From positions 1 through 37,943 of the forward strand of contig NW_021832332.1 in assembly GCF_006345805.1 (NCBI RefSeq): DNA of 37,943 bases, read 5' to 3'. Numbering within the stretch: the first letter of the stretch is position 1; each line of letters begins with the position of its first letter. The notes below the pieces were generated by a model. That model was not told where the DNA came from. It saw only the letters and a program-made list of their open reading frames with translations, and did no database searches. The DNA comes from Octopus sinensis. Lineage: Eukaryota. The position numbers and the translations under genes are program-made. Below are positions 21,391 to 34,460 of this stretch, in pieces.

Positions 21391-21803
21391 AGGCGCAGGA
21401 GTGGCTGTGTGGTAAGTAGCTTGCTAACCAGCCACATGGTTCCGGGTTCAGTCCCACTGCGTGGCATCTTGGGCAAGTGTCTTCTGCTACAGCCCCGGGC
21501 CGACCAATGCCTTGTGAGTGGATTTGGTAGACGGAAACTGAAAGAAGCCTGTCGTATATATGTATATATATGTATATGTGTGTGTGTGTTTGTGTCTGTG
21601 TTTGTCCCCCAAGCATTGCTTGACAATCGATGCTGGTGCGTTTACGTCCCCGTCACTTAGCGGTTCGGCAAAAGAGACTGATAGAATAAGTACTGGGCTT
21701 ACAAAGAATAAGTCCCGGGGTCGATTTGCTCGACTAAAGGCGGTGCTCCAGCATGGCCGCAGTCAAATGACTGAAACAAGTAAAAGAGTAAAGAGTAAAG
21801 AGT
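21391..21803 (+). mobile_element. SINE family B
   Basis: Full head, CORE-like centre, internal microsatellite and (aaagagt)n end. Confidence 0.9.
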
Positions 21804-21804
21804 A

Positions 21805-22186
21805 ATATACTGAAGTAACATAGCTGAAGTTGTCTATGTCTGGCAGGTTTGGTAGCCTTCAACTAACACAATCTCCTCCGAGACCTTGCGGTGCAAGTTG
21901 ACCAAAATTGAGAGTATGATAGAAGAAGGCTTGCTCCTTATTCCGTAGAAGAAAAAATTCAAATCGGACCATGTTAAGACCAAAAATTATTTACATCAAA
22001 AAGGTGCTTCTTTTCTATTTTTTGCGATTTTTTGACTGCTGTGTCGCCATTTTTCGGTGTACTTTAACCAGAAAAATGTTCACTTAAAGAGAATAACATG
22101 CTACATAATGCAAAATTTTTACTTATCAAAAATTCCAATTCTAGAGGGTCGAAACAAACCCGAGCAACGCCGGGCGATACTGCTAG
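21805..22186 (+). mobile_element. Non-autonomous Helitron-like element
   Basis: 3' GC hairpin cccg(a)gc-aac-gccggg at 22159-22174, followed 8 nt later by CTAG (22183-22186) and T. The 5' boundary is uncertain. Confidence 0.6.
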
Positions 22187-22555
22187 TATATGATAAATGT
22201 GATGCTATCACTTTGATAAATCTTCAAGCTAGTTTTGACTTTCGTCCTTCCAGGATCAATAGAATGAACAATGTGATCGATTTAAGAACATATATAGTAA
22301 TAATTTCTAGTGTTTCCGATTTCTTTTCTATCAAAGGAAAAAGTATTTTAATGAAGGAAAGCCAGCACCCGGACTTCTGTATGATTCTAATGAGTGGAAG
22401 CTGCCCTGGAATTTAATGAAAGTATCCGTGTTCCAATGCCCTGATCCGAAGGAATAGTCTGAAGAAATCTTTTATTTTCTTCATGCCTACATTGAAACAT
22501 TCGCAAGCAAATTTTTAGTCACGCGTACATGCACACATATATTTTTCGTACACAT

Positions 22556-22975
22556 AGGCGTAGGAGTGGCTGTGTGGTAAGTAGCTTGCTTGCCAACCAC
22601 ATGGTTCCGGGTTCAGTCCCACTGCGTGGCACCTTGGGCAAGTGTCTTCTACTATAGCGTCGGGCCGACCAAAGCCTTGTGAGTGGATTTGTTAGATGGA
22701 AACTGAAAAGAAGCCCGTCGTATATATATATATATGTGTGTGTACATGTTTGTGTGTCTGTGTTTGTCCTCCCAACATCGCTTGACAACCGATGCTGGTG
22801 TGTTTACGTCCCCGTAACCTAGCGGTTCGGCAAAAGAGACCGACCGAATAAGTACTAGGTTTACAAAGAATAAGTCCTGAGGTCGATTTGCTCGAATGAC
22901 TAAAGGCGGTGCTCCAGCATGGCCGCAGTCAAATGACTGAAACCAGTAAAAGAGCAAAAGAGTAAAAGAGTAAGA
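22556..22975 (+). mobile_element. SINE family B
   Basis: Same organisation as the other family B copies. Confidence 0.9.
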
Positions 22976-23430
22976 GTATACACAAACATATAAAAAGAAC
23001 GTAGCCAATATTTCCTGTTGTCAAATTACAAATACACACCAATTGACTATGAAACAGCGCGCCATAATCTAACATCGAAAGGACTAACCCTATAAGCTTG
23101 ATACGAGACACAAGGGTTTTCATTATTCGTTAAATGATAACAAGAAATATTTGGCGTCAGAATTGCTGCTATGAACCGAAAGTATGTAATGTGAAGGGTT
23201 TTTGAGGAATTGAAAGAATTCATTTAGAAATTAAAAAAAAAAAATAAAGAATAAAGAAAGAAATTAAAAAGTAATTACGGAATTAATTGCTACAAGATAC
23301 AAGGAGAGAAAGTTAATTTTTAATTGGCAGTTTTTTTGCTTTATATAATCTTATATTCGTTGTATGTGGTATTAATTGCAGTGTCACAACGTATGAAGTA
23401 TTGCCTGGTGATACTCTTCTGAATGACATC

Positions 23431-23490
<60 letters not shown>

Positions 23491-23555
23491 AATAACAAGA
23501 AACAAAGTTTAAGTTCGTAAATAACTATTGCCTGCGAACATTTCTTGTTCTTGCT

Positions 23556-23964
23556 GTTTGTTTGTTTGTTTGTTGAGCGAAGCGGTCTTCGTCCCAGAGC
23601 TCGCAAGATCGCGCCTCGGGATTGTCTGTAGTGGGAGAAGTTCGAAACGTGGTCCTTTTTGCTGCAGAAGAGAAAGCAGGTCAACCCCCGACACCGAGAA
23701 AATCGACGGATGGATGAATGAATGCGCATCCAGGCTCAGCGGTTGCGTAGGAAGTCGGGGGACAAGGAACAGGAAGAAAGAGTGAGAGAAAGTTGGAGCG
23801 AAAGAGTACAACAGGGGTCGCCACCCTCACCCCCCTGCCGGAGCCTCGTGGAGCTTTGGGTGTTTTCGCTCAATAAACACACACAACGCCCGGTTTGGAA
23901 ATCGAAACCGCGATCCTCCGACCGCGAGTCCGCTGCCCTAACCACTGGACCATTGCGCCTCCAC
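23556..23964 (-). mobile_element. SINE family C with tail Z
   Basis: Family C head and body at 23770-23964, then an unrelated tail of about 200 bp ending in (AAAC)n. Confidence 0.85.
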
Positions 23965-24166
23965 TGTTGTTGACGACGACGACAACGATTACGAACATGA
24001 TGGCGGTGGTGATGGTGATGGTAGTGGGGCTTAAAAGGAGAGCAACGACAACGAGGGCAAAGTTGAAAATGGTTGCTCGGACGCTGGTGCTGCTGATGAT
24101 GATGATGGTGGTGACGATGTCGTTTCTTTTAAGATGAAGGGAGTCATTGAAGTAAAGTTAATATAT

Positions 24167-24604
24167 TCTTTTGTACTGTAGGCACGAGGCCTGAAATTTT
24201 GAAGGGAGGGGGCCAGTCGATTAGATCGACCCCAGTACGCAATTGGTACTGAACTTATCGACCCAGAAAAGATGAAAGTCGACCTCGGTGGAATTTGAAC
24301 TCAGAACATAAAGACAGACGAAATACTGCTAAGCATTTCGCCCGGCGTGTTAACGTTTCTGCCAGCTCGCCGCCATTTAAGTTAATATATTCTTTTTTAC
24401 TCTAGGCACAAGGCCCAAATATTTGGGGAAGGGTCCAGTCGATTAGATCGATCCCAGTACGCAATTGGTACTTAATTTATCGACCCCGAAAGGATGAAAG
24501 GCAAAGTCAACCTTCGCGGAATTTGAACTCAGAACGTAGCGGAAGACGAAATAACGTTATGCATTTCGTCCGACGTGCTAACGTTTCTGCCAGCTCGCCG
24601 CCAT
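24167..24604 (-). mobile_element. SINE family A dimer (two full-head copies, tail 2)
   Basis: Units at 24167-24376 and 24391-24604. Flanked by GTAAAGTTAATATAT at 24152-24166 and 24605-24619. Confidence 0.9.
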
Positions 24605-24777
24605 GTAAAGTTAATATATATTACAATACCTTGTGGCTGGTGTTATGTATTCAGATATATTTATATACTGTACTGTTAGAATAGAATATTATGTCGAGCA
24701 CTAATTTAAGTATGTCGTAATATTCTGTAATTAGTTCAGAAATACTTCATAGCTGTATGTACTGTAAGAATTTCCAA

Positions 24778-24858
24778 AGGGAATTGAACTCACGACCTTT
24801 CAATCGTCAGTAGAATGCCGTAGTAGAATGCGGTAACCACTAAGCCACGCGCCTTCAC
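24778..24858 (-). mobile_element. tRNA-like SINE head fragment (family D-like)
   Basis: gggaattgaactcacgac...taaccactaagccacgcgccttcac. Confidence 0.65.
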
Positions 24859-25808
24859 ATATCTAAGAAAACATTATCATATAATGCTAATGAGATTTAC
24901 GTATCTGGCCAACCGGAAGTTCCTGCTGTGCACTAGATCAAACGTACAAACATGATTTCAAGGTAAATGTCTTAATAACATGTCACTTGTGTCTATGGTG
25001 AAATATGAAGTGGGTGATTGCACGATCTGCTAAAAATAGCAGAGAAATCATTATATTTTACATCCTATCGTTTATAAAAATAGAAGGAAGCAATCGATTA
25101 TGGATCCGAGGTGTACAAAGATGGAAAATGACAGGATGGTCACGGCTGAAATGCTGTATTACAAAAAATAAAATATTTCTTCTTAGATAATATCGTTTTA
25201 AAAAAATTAATAATAATAAAAAGAAAGTCCATTAACACATGTTTTCTTATGGATTCCCTCAGCATCGAGTGGTTTCACTTCATACTAACATAAAATCCTT
25301 CTGAAAATGTCAGCCATTTAAAAGTCGGTTGTGAAGAAGGAAAATAAATATAAATATTATGAGTTAACATAAAGTAGCGTATAATTTACCCAAACATGGT
25401 ATTTGAGTGAAAGACAAGCTTGGGTAAACATTGATTGATCCCTGGTAAGAATATTGCTATACAAGAGCTGACCTTTCGCACTTCGACTCTCAAAACACTC
25501 GGATGACATTGTTGCTAAATTTAGACTGCGACGTGTGATATTTGTTTTAAATAGAGGTTCGTTACAAACGAACAGCGTCCGTGTGTTTTACATCACGAGG
25601 CTAAAACAGAAAATATTGTGAAAGGAAATGTAAAATAGAGTGCGAAGAAAAGAAAAAGAAAAAGAAAGAAAAGAAAGGAAAGAAAAATGAAGGAGAAAAG
25701 GGATGTTAAACGTAAATATTCTGCAGATGGTACACGCTCGTTTATATTTTGAGTGTAACAGCATGTATACATGATTTTGTGTGTGTGTGTATATATATAT
25801 ATATGTGT

Positions 25809-26121
25809 GTGGAGGCGCAATGGCCCAGTGGTTAGGGCAGCGGACTCGCGGTCGGAGGATCGTGGTTTCGATTCCCAGACCGGGCGTTGTGTGTGTTTAT
25901 TGAGCGAAAACACCTAAAGAGCTCCACGAGGCTCCGGCAGGAGGTGGTGATCCCTGCTGTACTCTTTCGCCACAACTTTCTCTCACTCTTTCTTCTGTTG
26001 GCCTGCTCGTTTAGCCAGCGGGGTGGCGTCGTTCGAAGGCTAAAACAATGCAAAAACGCATTGTGACCAGCGATGTGTAGCAACATCCGATGGTCTGGTC
26101 GGTCACGGTGATCACGGTGAT
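25809..26121 (+). mobile_element. SINE family C with tail W
   Basis: Family C head and body to about 25995, then a distinct tail ending in (cacggtgat)2. Confidence 0.85.
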
Positions 26122-26148
26122 ATATATATAGTTGAACTTATACATCAT

Positions 26149-26265
26149 AGGCGCAGGAGTGGCTGTGTGGTAAGTAGCTGGCACCTTGAGCAAGTGTCTT
26201 CTACTATTGCCTCGGGCCGACCAAAGTCTTGTGATTGGATTTAGTAGATGGAAACTGAAAGAAGC

Positions 26266-26346
<81 letters not shown>

Positions 26347-26550
26347 GTTTCTGTGTCTGCGTTTGTTCTCCCAACATCGGTTGACAACCGATGCTGGTGT
26401 GTTTACGTCCGCGTCACTTAGCGGTTCGGCACGATTGCCCAATAGAATAAGTACTAGGCTTACAAAGAATAAGTCCTGGGGTCAATTTGCTCGACGAAAG
26501 GCGGTGCTCCAGCATGACCGTATTCAGATGATGAAACAATTAAAAGAGTA
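26149..26550 (+). mobile_element. SINE family B (head partly deleted)
   Basis: gtaagtagct is joined directly to ggcaccttg; the remainder matches the other family B copies. Confidence 0.85.
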
Positions 26551-26571
26551 ATAAAATAAATTATATATATA

Positions 26572-26602
<31 letters not shown>

Positions 26603-26996
26603 TTGTATATATATATATATATATGCATATAGGCTTATGTGTGCATATATACACATATACGTATATATATATAGATATATAGGTGTGTGTGCATGTGTGT
26701 ATGTCTATCTATATATACATACATATATGTACATATATATACCTATAGGCTTATGTGTGTGTATATATATAGATATATACGTGTGTGTGTGCGTGTGTGT
26801 GTTTGTGTGTTCATGCATATAAACATATCTCTTGCTATCTCTTTATCTATCTCTATCTATCTCTATACACAGGTACACACACACACACATACACAAATAC
26901 GCATACATATGCATCCGAACACATTTACAAATATATACGTTTGGTGCGTACGTGTGTGTACGTGTGAGTGTGTATTTATGTGTGTGTGTGCATGTG

Positions 26997-27035
<39 letters not shown>

Positions 27036-27194
27036 ATAAATATATTGAAAAGATCGTAATCAATGAGGTTTTAGAAAGCGCCATCAGGTAAGTTCCGATC
27101 ATAAGGAAATTTACAATCAATTTGTCTTTATGATTAGTTTTGAGTCTCCACATCTATAAATATCAAGCACTTGAATGTAGGATACAGCCATACT

Positions 27195-27616
27195 AGGCGC
27201 AGGAGTGGCTGTGTGGTAAGTAGCTTGCTTATCAACCACATGGTTCCAGGTTCAGTCCCACTGCGTGGCATCTTGGGCAAGTGTCTTCTGCTGTAGACTC
27301 GGGCCGGCCAAAGCCTTGTGAGTGGATTTGGTAGACGGAAATTGAAAGAAGCCCGTCGTATTTATGTATATATATATATGTATGCGTATGTGTGTGTGTT
27401 TGTGTGTCTGTGTTTGTCCCTCTAGCATTGCTTGACAACCGATGCTGGTGTGTTTACGTCCCCGTAACTTAGCGGTTCGGCAAAAAAGACCGATAGAATA
27501 AGTACTGGGCTTACAAAGAATAAGTCCCGGGGTCGATTTGCTCGACTAAAGGCGGTGCTCCAGCATGGCCGCAGTCAAATGACTGAAACAAGTAAAAGAG
27601 TAAAAGAGTAAAGAGT
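27195..27616 (+). mobile_element. SINE family B
   Basis: Full copy. Confidence 0.9.
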
Positions 27617-28137
27617 ATACTCATGACCAAACAATAGCAATTTGCTCCATCTATACAATACATTCTGCTTGCTTCCACGAGCAAGAAAACTACCGGACTG
27701 GAGGTATTTATTTCATTGCGTTTGACGTGCCTGAACCCCGCAACGGAAGCACCGCTGTGCAGTTATCGTTGAAAAATCTTTCGAGTCTTAAGTTACGCTG
27801 CAATTATGAATAAGTGAATGGAGAGCAACGCGTCCGGTTTTTATAATGAGAACCACACGTGCTTCATGAATGACCATCTCTAAATTCCTACATGTTTGAT
27901 TACTTTAAACTAGCAAACAAAAAAGGTAAACCTAGCAGTTTGGAGACAGCAAATACCTCAGGTTTCAAAGATTATCCTTTTTTTTTTCTATGTTCGTTTA
28001 CACATATACGTAAATTAGATATGTACACACTTGCATGTTTTTATTTTGGACGCTATATGGTAACCCCAAATCAAAACCCTCTTGAAGCAAGCCGCTCATT
28101 TCTAATGATCATATTGCTAGCGTTCCTGTAGTGTGTA

Positions 28138-28493
28138 GAGAAGGAAAAAGGAGAAGAGGAAGAAGAGGAAGTGGAGAAGAAGAAGGAGGAGGAGGAGAAA
28201 AAGAAGGAGGAAAAGAAGGAGGAAGAAGAAAAAGAAAGAGGAGGAGAAAAAGGAAGAAGAAGAGGAAAAAGAAGGAGAAAAAGAAGGAGAAAAAGAAGAA
28301 TGAGAAGAAGGAGGAGGAGAAGGAGAAAAAGAAGAAGGAGAAAAGGAAGAAGTGGAAGAAGAGAAGGAAAAAGTAAAAGGAGAAGAGGAGGAAATAGTAG
28401 TAAAAGGATAAAGAATTAATAGAAGGAGAAGAATAGTAGAAGTAGAAGGAGAAGAATAGTAGGACAGGAAGTAGAAGAAGAAGAAGAAAAGAA

Positions 28494-28525
<32 letters not shown>

Positions 28526-28726
28526 AGAAGAAGAGGAAAATGAGGGAGAAGGGGAAGAGGAAGTAGAAGAAAAGAAGAAGAGGAAGTAGAAGAAGGGGAA
28601 GAAGAGTGAGATGGTTTATTCTAAAACCTCATTGATAACGATCTTTCTAATATATCTATGTATACACACACACACACACACACACACAAATACACACTCA
28701 CACGCTCACACAAATACATACAAACG
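28138..28726 (+). repeat. GA-rich low-complexity insert ending in a short unique segment plus (CA)n, flanked by a 26-bp direct repeat
   Basis: TATTGCTAGCGTTCCTGTAGTGTGTA at 28112-28137 and 28727-28752. Confidence 0.8.
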
Positions 28727-28923
28727 TATTGCTAGCGTTCCTGTAGTGTGTAAAGGGTAAGAGTTGTAGCAATGGAGGGAGTTTTAGTGGAGTACTCATC
28801 GTGTTTAAATTAGAGTGTGAACCATGAGGACTCCTCTGATGAGTGTTTGTGCTTTCTTGTTGTTAGAAAAGACTAGATCGGCATGTTAAGATTGGCGGAG
28901 GCTTTTAAGAGATTTGCTTATGA

Positions 28924-29110
28924 AGGCGGCGAGCTGGCAGAAACGTTAGCACGCCGGGCGAAATGGCGTAGCCGTATTTCGTCTGCCGTTACGTTCTGAG
29001 TTCAAATTCCGCCGAGGTCGACTTTGCCTTTCATCCTTTCCGAGTCGATAAATTAAGTACCAGTTACGCACTGGGGCAGTCAATGTAATCGACTTAATCC
29101 GTTTGTCTGT
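28924..29110 (+). mobile_element. SINE family A, 3'-truncated
   Basis: Full head; ends at ttaatccgtttgtctgt. Confidence 0.9.
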
Positions 29111-29378
29111 GGCATACAGATCGCTCGTTCATAGATTGATCAAGAGAAACTGATTGACTAAATGATAGGTTTTATAATTTGCGTAAGAGGAGTTGTTAGA
29201 CTATTTATGGAAACTAAATCGTTGCTGTCTAGAAGGAAGAAAGTTTCAGACAAAACCGAAATCGGACAGCAACGCTCAATGTTGGGTTTCATAGTAAACC
29301 AACAGAAAGAGGTCCGTTCATGCACAGAGCGCGAGTGCGATCTAACAGGGAACTACTGACCCAAAAGAAGAAAGAGCG

Positions 29379-29523
29379 AATACTTCTACTTCCCCCCCCC
29401 TTCCTCCTCCTTCTCCTCCACATCCTCCTTCTCCCCCTCATCATCATCATCATCATTACCGCATTTTTCTTAATTGCGGTCTCCTCGTTGTTGTTGTCCT
29501 TATTGGCGTTGCCTTCCTCTTCA

Positions 29524-29557
<34 letters not shown>

Positions 29558-30591
29558 ACATATCTACATATGTTTCTTCTTATTCTGTCATTTTCTTCTT
29601 TAATCGTTTTCTTTTCTCTTTTCTCTTACCTACAGTCCTTCCTTCTTTCCTTCTCTTTCTGTTTTTTTAAATTTGCTTCTCTTCTTCTTTTCTTCACCAT
29701 TTGTCTTCTTCCATCTCTTCTTCTTCTTCTTCTTCTTCCTTCTTCTTCTTCTTCTTCTTCTTCTTCTTTGTCTTCTTCTTCTTCTTCCTCTTTGTCTTCT
29801 TCTTCTCCTTCTTCTTCCTCTTTGTCTTCTTCTTCTTCTTCTTCTTAGTGGCGGGGAATTTCGACGAGAGGTTCGCATGCTGGACAAGCACTAAAGTTTT
29901 GCTGATGCCGCAGTCTCACACAAGAACGAGTTTTATGGATTGAAACTGAATGGAATTTTCAGTGTAGCTGGGAACTTCCAGCGAAATCTATGGATAATAC
30001 TAAAGAAGTCTTACACACACTCTCTCACACACACTCTTTATTAAAACCATCTACTCTCTTCCTCTCACTCTCTCTCTCTCACATACTTTCTCTCTTTCCT
30101 TCTCTTTCTCTCTTGTTTTCTCATTCTTTCTTTCTCTCTCTCTCATTCTTTTCCCTAGCAACCTTTTTTTTTCCTATCCAGAAGCTATTAACACCGATGG
30201 AAAATATTGATTTCAAACATTTGAGAGCGAATATATGGGGAAATACTGGATTGAATTGATTCCAAATAACACATGTACTTATATTATTGATGCCCTTAAT
30301 GTTGGTGACGCCGGTGGCGGAAGTATGAAGGACCGAGTCAACCCCGATGGCAATTTAATCATAGAACATAGAGATAGTATGAACCAAAACCTAAGACATA
30401 TGTGTGTGTGTGTGGGGGGGTATGTTTGTATGTATGTATGTATATATGCATATATGTGTGTGTGTGTGTGTGTGTATGTGAGTGTGTGTGTATGTATGTT
30501 TGTATGTATGTATATATGTATATATATATGTATGTATATATGTATATATATATATGTGTGTGTGTGTGTACATATATATATATATACATAT

Positions 30592-30623
<32 letters not shown>

Positions 30624-31039
30624 GTGTGTGCGTGTATATATATATATAGGGAGGGAGGAGAGAGAGAGAGAGAGAGAGTATCAGTCTCCCATTTGAGTGT
30701 GTGTGTGTGTGTGTGTTGGTGGTTGAGTATATATGTGTGGGGGGGGGGAAGAGGATTGGGCAATCTTAAGTTCATGAAATGAGTATTGAAAAAGAAAGAA
30801 AATAAGACAAATAAAAAAAGAAAAGAAACAGTAAGAGAATAAATATACTGAAGGGAAACGAAAGATAAAACAAATGGAATATGATAATGTGGCAGTTTGG
30901 AATGAGCAAAGGAAGAGGTAAGGGAAAAGAAGGAAGGTGGGGGAGAAGAAGGGGAGGAGGAGGAGGAGGAAGGGGTGGAAGAAGAGAAGGAAAAAGACAA
31001 AGGGAAGAAGAAGAAGAAGAAGAAGAAGAAGAAGACAAA

Positions 31040-31083
<44 letters not shown>

Positions 31084-31089
31084 TAATAA

Positions 31090-31120
<31 letters not shown>

Positions 31121-31344
31121 AAGAGATGGAAGAAGACAAATGGTGAAGAAGAAGAGAAGCAAATTAAAAAAAACAGAAAGAGAAGGAAAGAAAGGAGGAA
31201 GGACTGTAGGTAAGAGAAAAGAAAAGAAAACGATTAAAAAAGAAAATGACAGAATAAGAAGAAACATATGTAGATATGTTGATGATGATGATGATGATGA
31301 TGACGATGATGATTATGATGATGATGACGATGACGATGATGATG

Positions 31345-31402
<58 letters not shown>

Positions 31403-31409
31403 CGATGAC

Positions 31410-31453
<44 letters not shown>

Positions 31454-31472
31454 CGACGACGACGACGACGAC

Positions 31473-31505
<33 letters not shown>

Positions 31506-31642
31506 GAGGAAGGCAACGCCAATAAGGACAACAACAACGAGAAGACCGCAATTAAGAAAAATGCGGTAATGATGATGATGATGATGAGGGGGAGAAGGAG
31601 GATGTGGAGGAGAAGGAGGAGGAAGGGGGAAGTAGAAGTATT
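29379..31642. repeat. Inverted duplication of a low-complexity segment
   Basis: Arms at about 29379-29845 and 31010-31642. Unique linkers are near-identical in opposite orientation (ttaccgcatttttcttaattgcggtc vs gaccgcaattaagaaaaatgcggtaa). Confidence 0.85.
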
Positions 31643-32356
31643 AAAAAGAAAAGGATAGTGAAAATTGATGATGATGATGGTGATGATGATTATGATGATG
31701 GAGAAAATGAAGAAACAATAGTAACGCCACCACCACTGCCACCACCACCACCACTTCCACCACTACCACCACTACCACCACTTCCACCACCACCACCACT
31801 TCCACCACTACCACCACTACCACCACTGCCACCAACACCACTGCCGCCACCACCGCCATCACCACCACCGCAAACAACAACAATAATACTAATAACAACT
31901 ATAAGACGAAGAAGATATAATATGATATTGACAACAACCACATTGAATGATGGTGATGATGAGGATGAGAAGGAGGAGGAGGGGAATGAAAGGGAGAAGA
32001 AGAAGGGGAAGAGAAGGAGAGGGAAGAAAAGGAGGAGATTGTTCAAGAAGATGAAGCAGAGAAAACGGCGGGAAAAGAACAAGACCAAGAAGAGCAAGTT
32101 GAGGAAATATAAGGAAAAAGAATGTAATTAATGAACAGAGAGAGAGAGAGAGAGAGAGAGAGACGGAGAGAGACGGAGAGAGAGAGACGGAGAGAGAGAG
32201 ACGGAGAGAGAGAGACGGAGAGAGAGAGAGGTGGAGAGAGAATGGCGGAGTGAGAGGTGGGGAGAGCGATAGTGAAGTGGTGGGAAGGAAGAGGGCGCTC
32301 TGCACGACGAAACAATATCATAATAGACAAGAATAGTACGGGGTACACTTACGCCT

Positions 32357-32389
<33 letters not shown>

Positions 32390-32936
32390 CACACGTCTTT
32401 ATGCACTCACACACGCATGCAGAAATTATATGTCGACCGACGGTAAACTAACACACGTCACCACGTACCCGCCTCGTATCCATATATACACACATATATT
32501 TCATACACGCATATACATGCATACATAATGTACATACTCTTACACATGGACAGAGTATAACTGCACACAGTCATACGCATTCATTAAGAAAAGTAACAAA
32601 GATTGACCTGAATATACTTACGTACACACACACACACACACACTCACACACACAAACACGCACACACACACACACACATTCACACATATAAACACACGTA
32701 CGCATGCGCAAACTCGGAGCTTAACGAGTAATACATACACACAAACACATTATAGCTTACGAATTCACTCACATACACATAGACACACAGGTTCATTCAC
32801 AAGTTGGCAGTTCAAAACCGCTCATGTGGGCGTTTATGTGCGTCTGCGTGTATGTGAGTATGTGAGCATGTATGTTTATGTGTGTGTGCGTGCGTGTGCG
32901 TGTGTAATACATATATCATATATACATTACACACAC

Positions 32937-32971
<35 letters not shown>

Positions 32972-33093
32972 GCGTGATATGTGTGTGAGAGAAAGTACGT
33001 ATATTCATGCTTTCATATATGTATATATAATAAAATTTTTATATATGTACATATGTATATATATATATATATGTATCTATATATATACTATTA

Positions 33094-33144
<51 letters not shown>

Positions 33145-33319
33145 CATATATACAACACATAACATATATACATGTTTATATATATATGTATATAATATAG
33201 TCAAGTTCAACGGAATCTTAATTATATATTTATATAAACGCGCGTGTATACATAGGTATGTAAATATACATACACATATATTCACATATATACCACGTAC
33301 ATTTATACACACACACACA

Positions 33320-33350
<31 letters not shown>

Positions 33351-33578
33351 CGTATATATATATATATAGATATATATATAAAAATACCTTTTGTGCATAG
33401 ATACATACATATAGCTACATAAATATTATTTATTTCTCTCTATAGTACACACACACACATATAAATATACATAAACATACATATATATATATATATATAT
33501 AATAATATATATATATATATACACATATATATATATAATACACACACACACATACACACATACATATATTATATATAT

Positions 33579-33648
<70 letters not shown>

Positions 33649-34208
33649 AATATATATATATATACTCACTCAAATACAACAACACGCACATCTACCATTT
33701 TCTACTCACTACATATCGTATCTATTAAGGAAATTGCAGAATCGGCGCGCGGCGTCTTAAGCAAAGTCTGTCAGGATGAGTGTTGATATGTCAAAAATAA
33801 CATACCGTAATATTATCGGTTGTTACAGCATCACTTTGAGTTAAACAAATCACCAAACACTTTCTTTTATAAGAAGCCACTACTCCAACACTTTTGCGCT
33901 CGCCGGTTTACAAACCAATTAAAATAATTAATTGGTTTATTGTTTCTCTACAATTGCTTCGGAAACACTTTCTCTGTGTATGTATATGAAAAGACGATTA
34001 GACACTTTGATGCGTGGATGTACAGGGCTCGGGTCTGGTGTTGTTTATTTTCTAGGAAGATATGGAAAAGAAACGAAGAATCAACTGTCAAATATAATAG
34101 GAATGATTTAGAATGAAAAGTGTTAGAAGTTAGATGAATGAGTTCTGGTATAAGCACATGGTCAACAATTTTGAGGAGAACTGGGGTTAGTCAATAACAT
34201 CGACCCTT

Positions 34209-34460
34209 TTACATCTTCTCTCGAGTCCTTCTCTCCCTATGAAGCATCGCCCTTAGAAAATGTTTCTCCACTCTTCTCCACTTTGGATTGCTTTTCGGTT
34301 TTCTCCAATAGGTTTTCTCTGTTTGTTTTTTTTCCAGTTCTCCCTCCACATTTCGACTCCAGTTACTTTTAGGGCATCCTTTGATCTGCTTCCCTTGTGG
34401 TTTCCTTTGCCTTAAAACCATCGCTAACGTGCCCCCACTTTGCCATAGCTTCTCCTGGTC
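34209..34460 (-). pseudogene. RTE-type LINE RT C-terminal remnant
   Basis: KPQGKQIKGCPKSNWSRNVEGEL resembles the RTE NPQGKRxRGRPKxTWRRxVExE motif. Recognised from memory. Confidence 0.55.

Noticed and set aside
23620-23655. cGAAACGT in SINE tail Z as a hammerhead half
   Set aside because: No CUGANGA upstream, and the would-be cleavage nucleotide is G.
30180-30400. ORF MGKYWIELIPNNTCTYII... after an acceptor-like site
   Set aside because: There is an in-frame stop just upstream, part of it resembles a decayed SINE A segment, and it runs into microsatellite.
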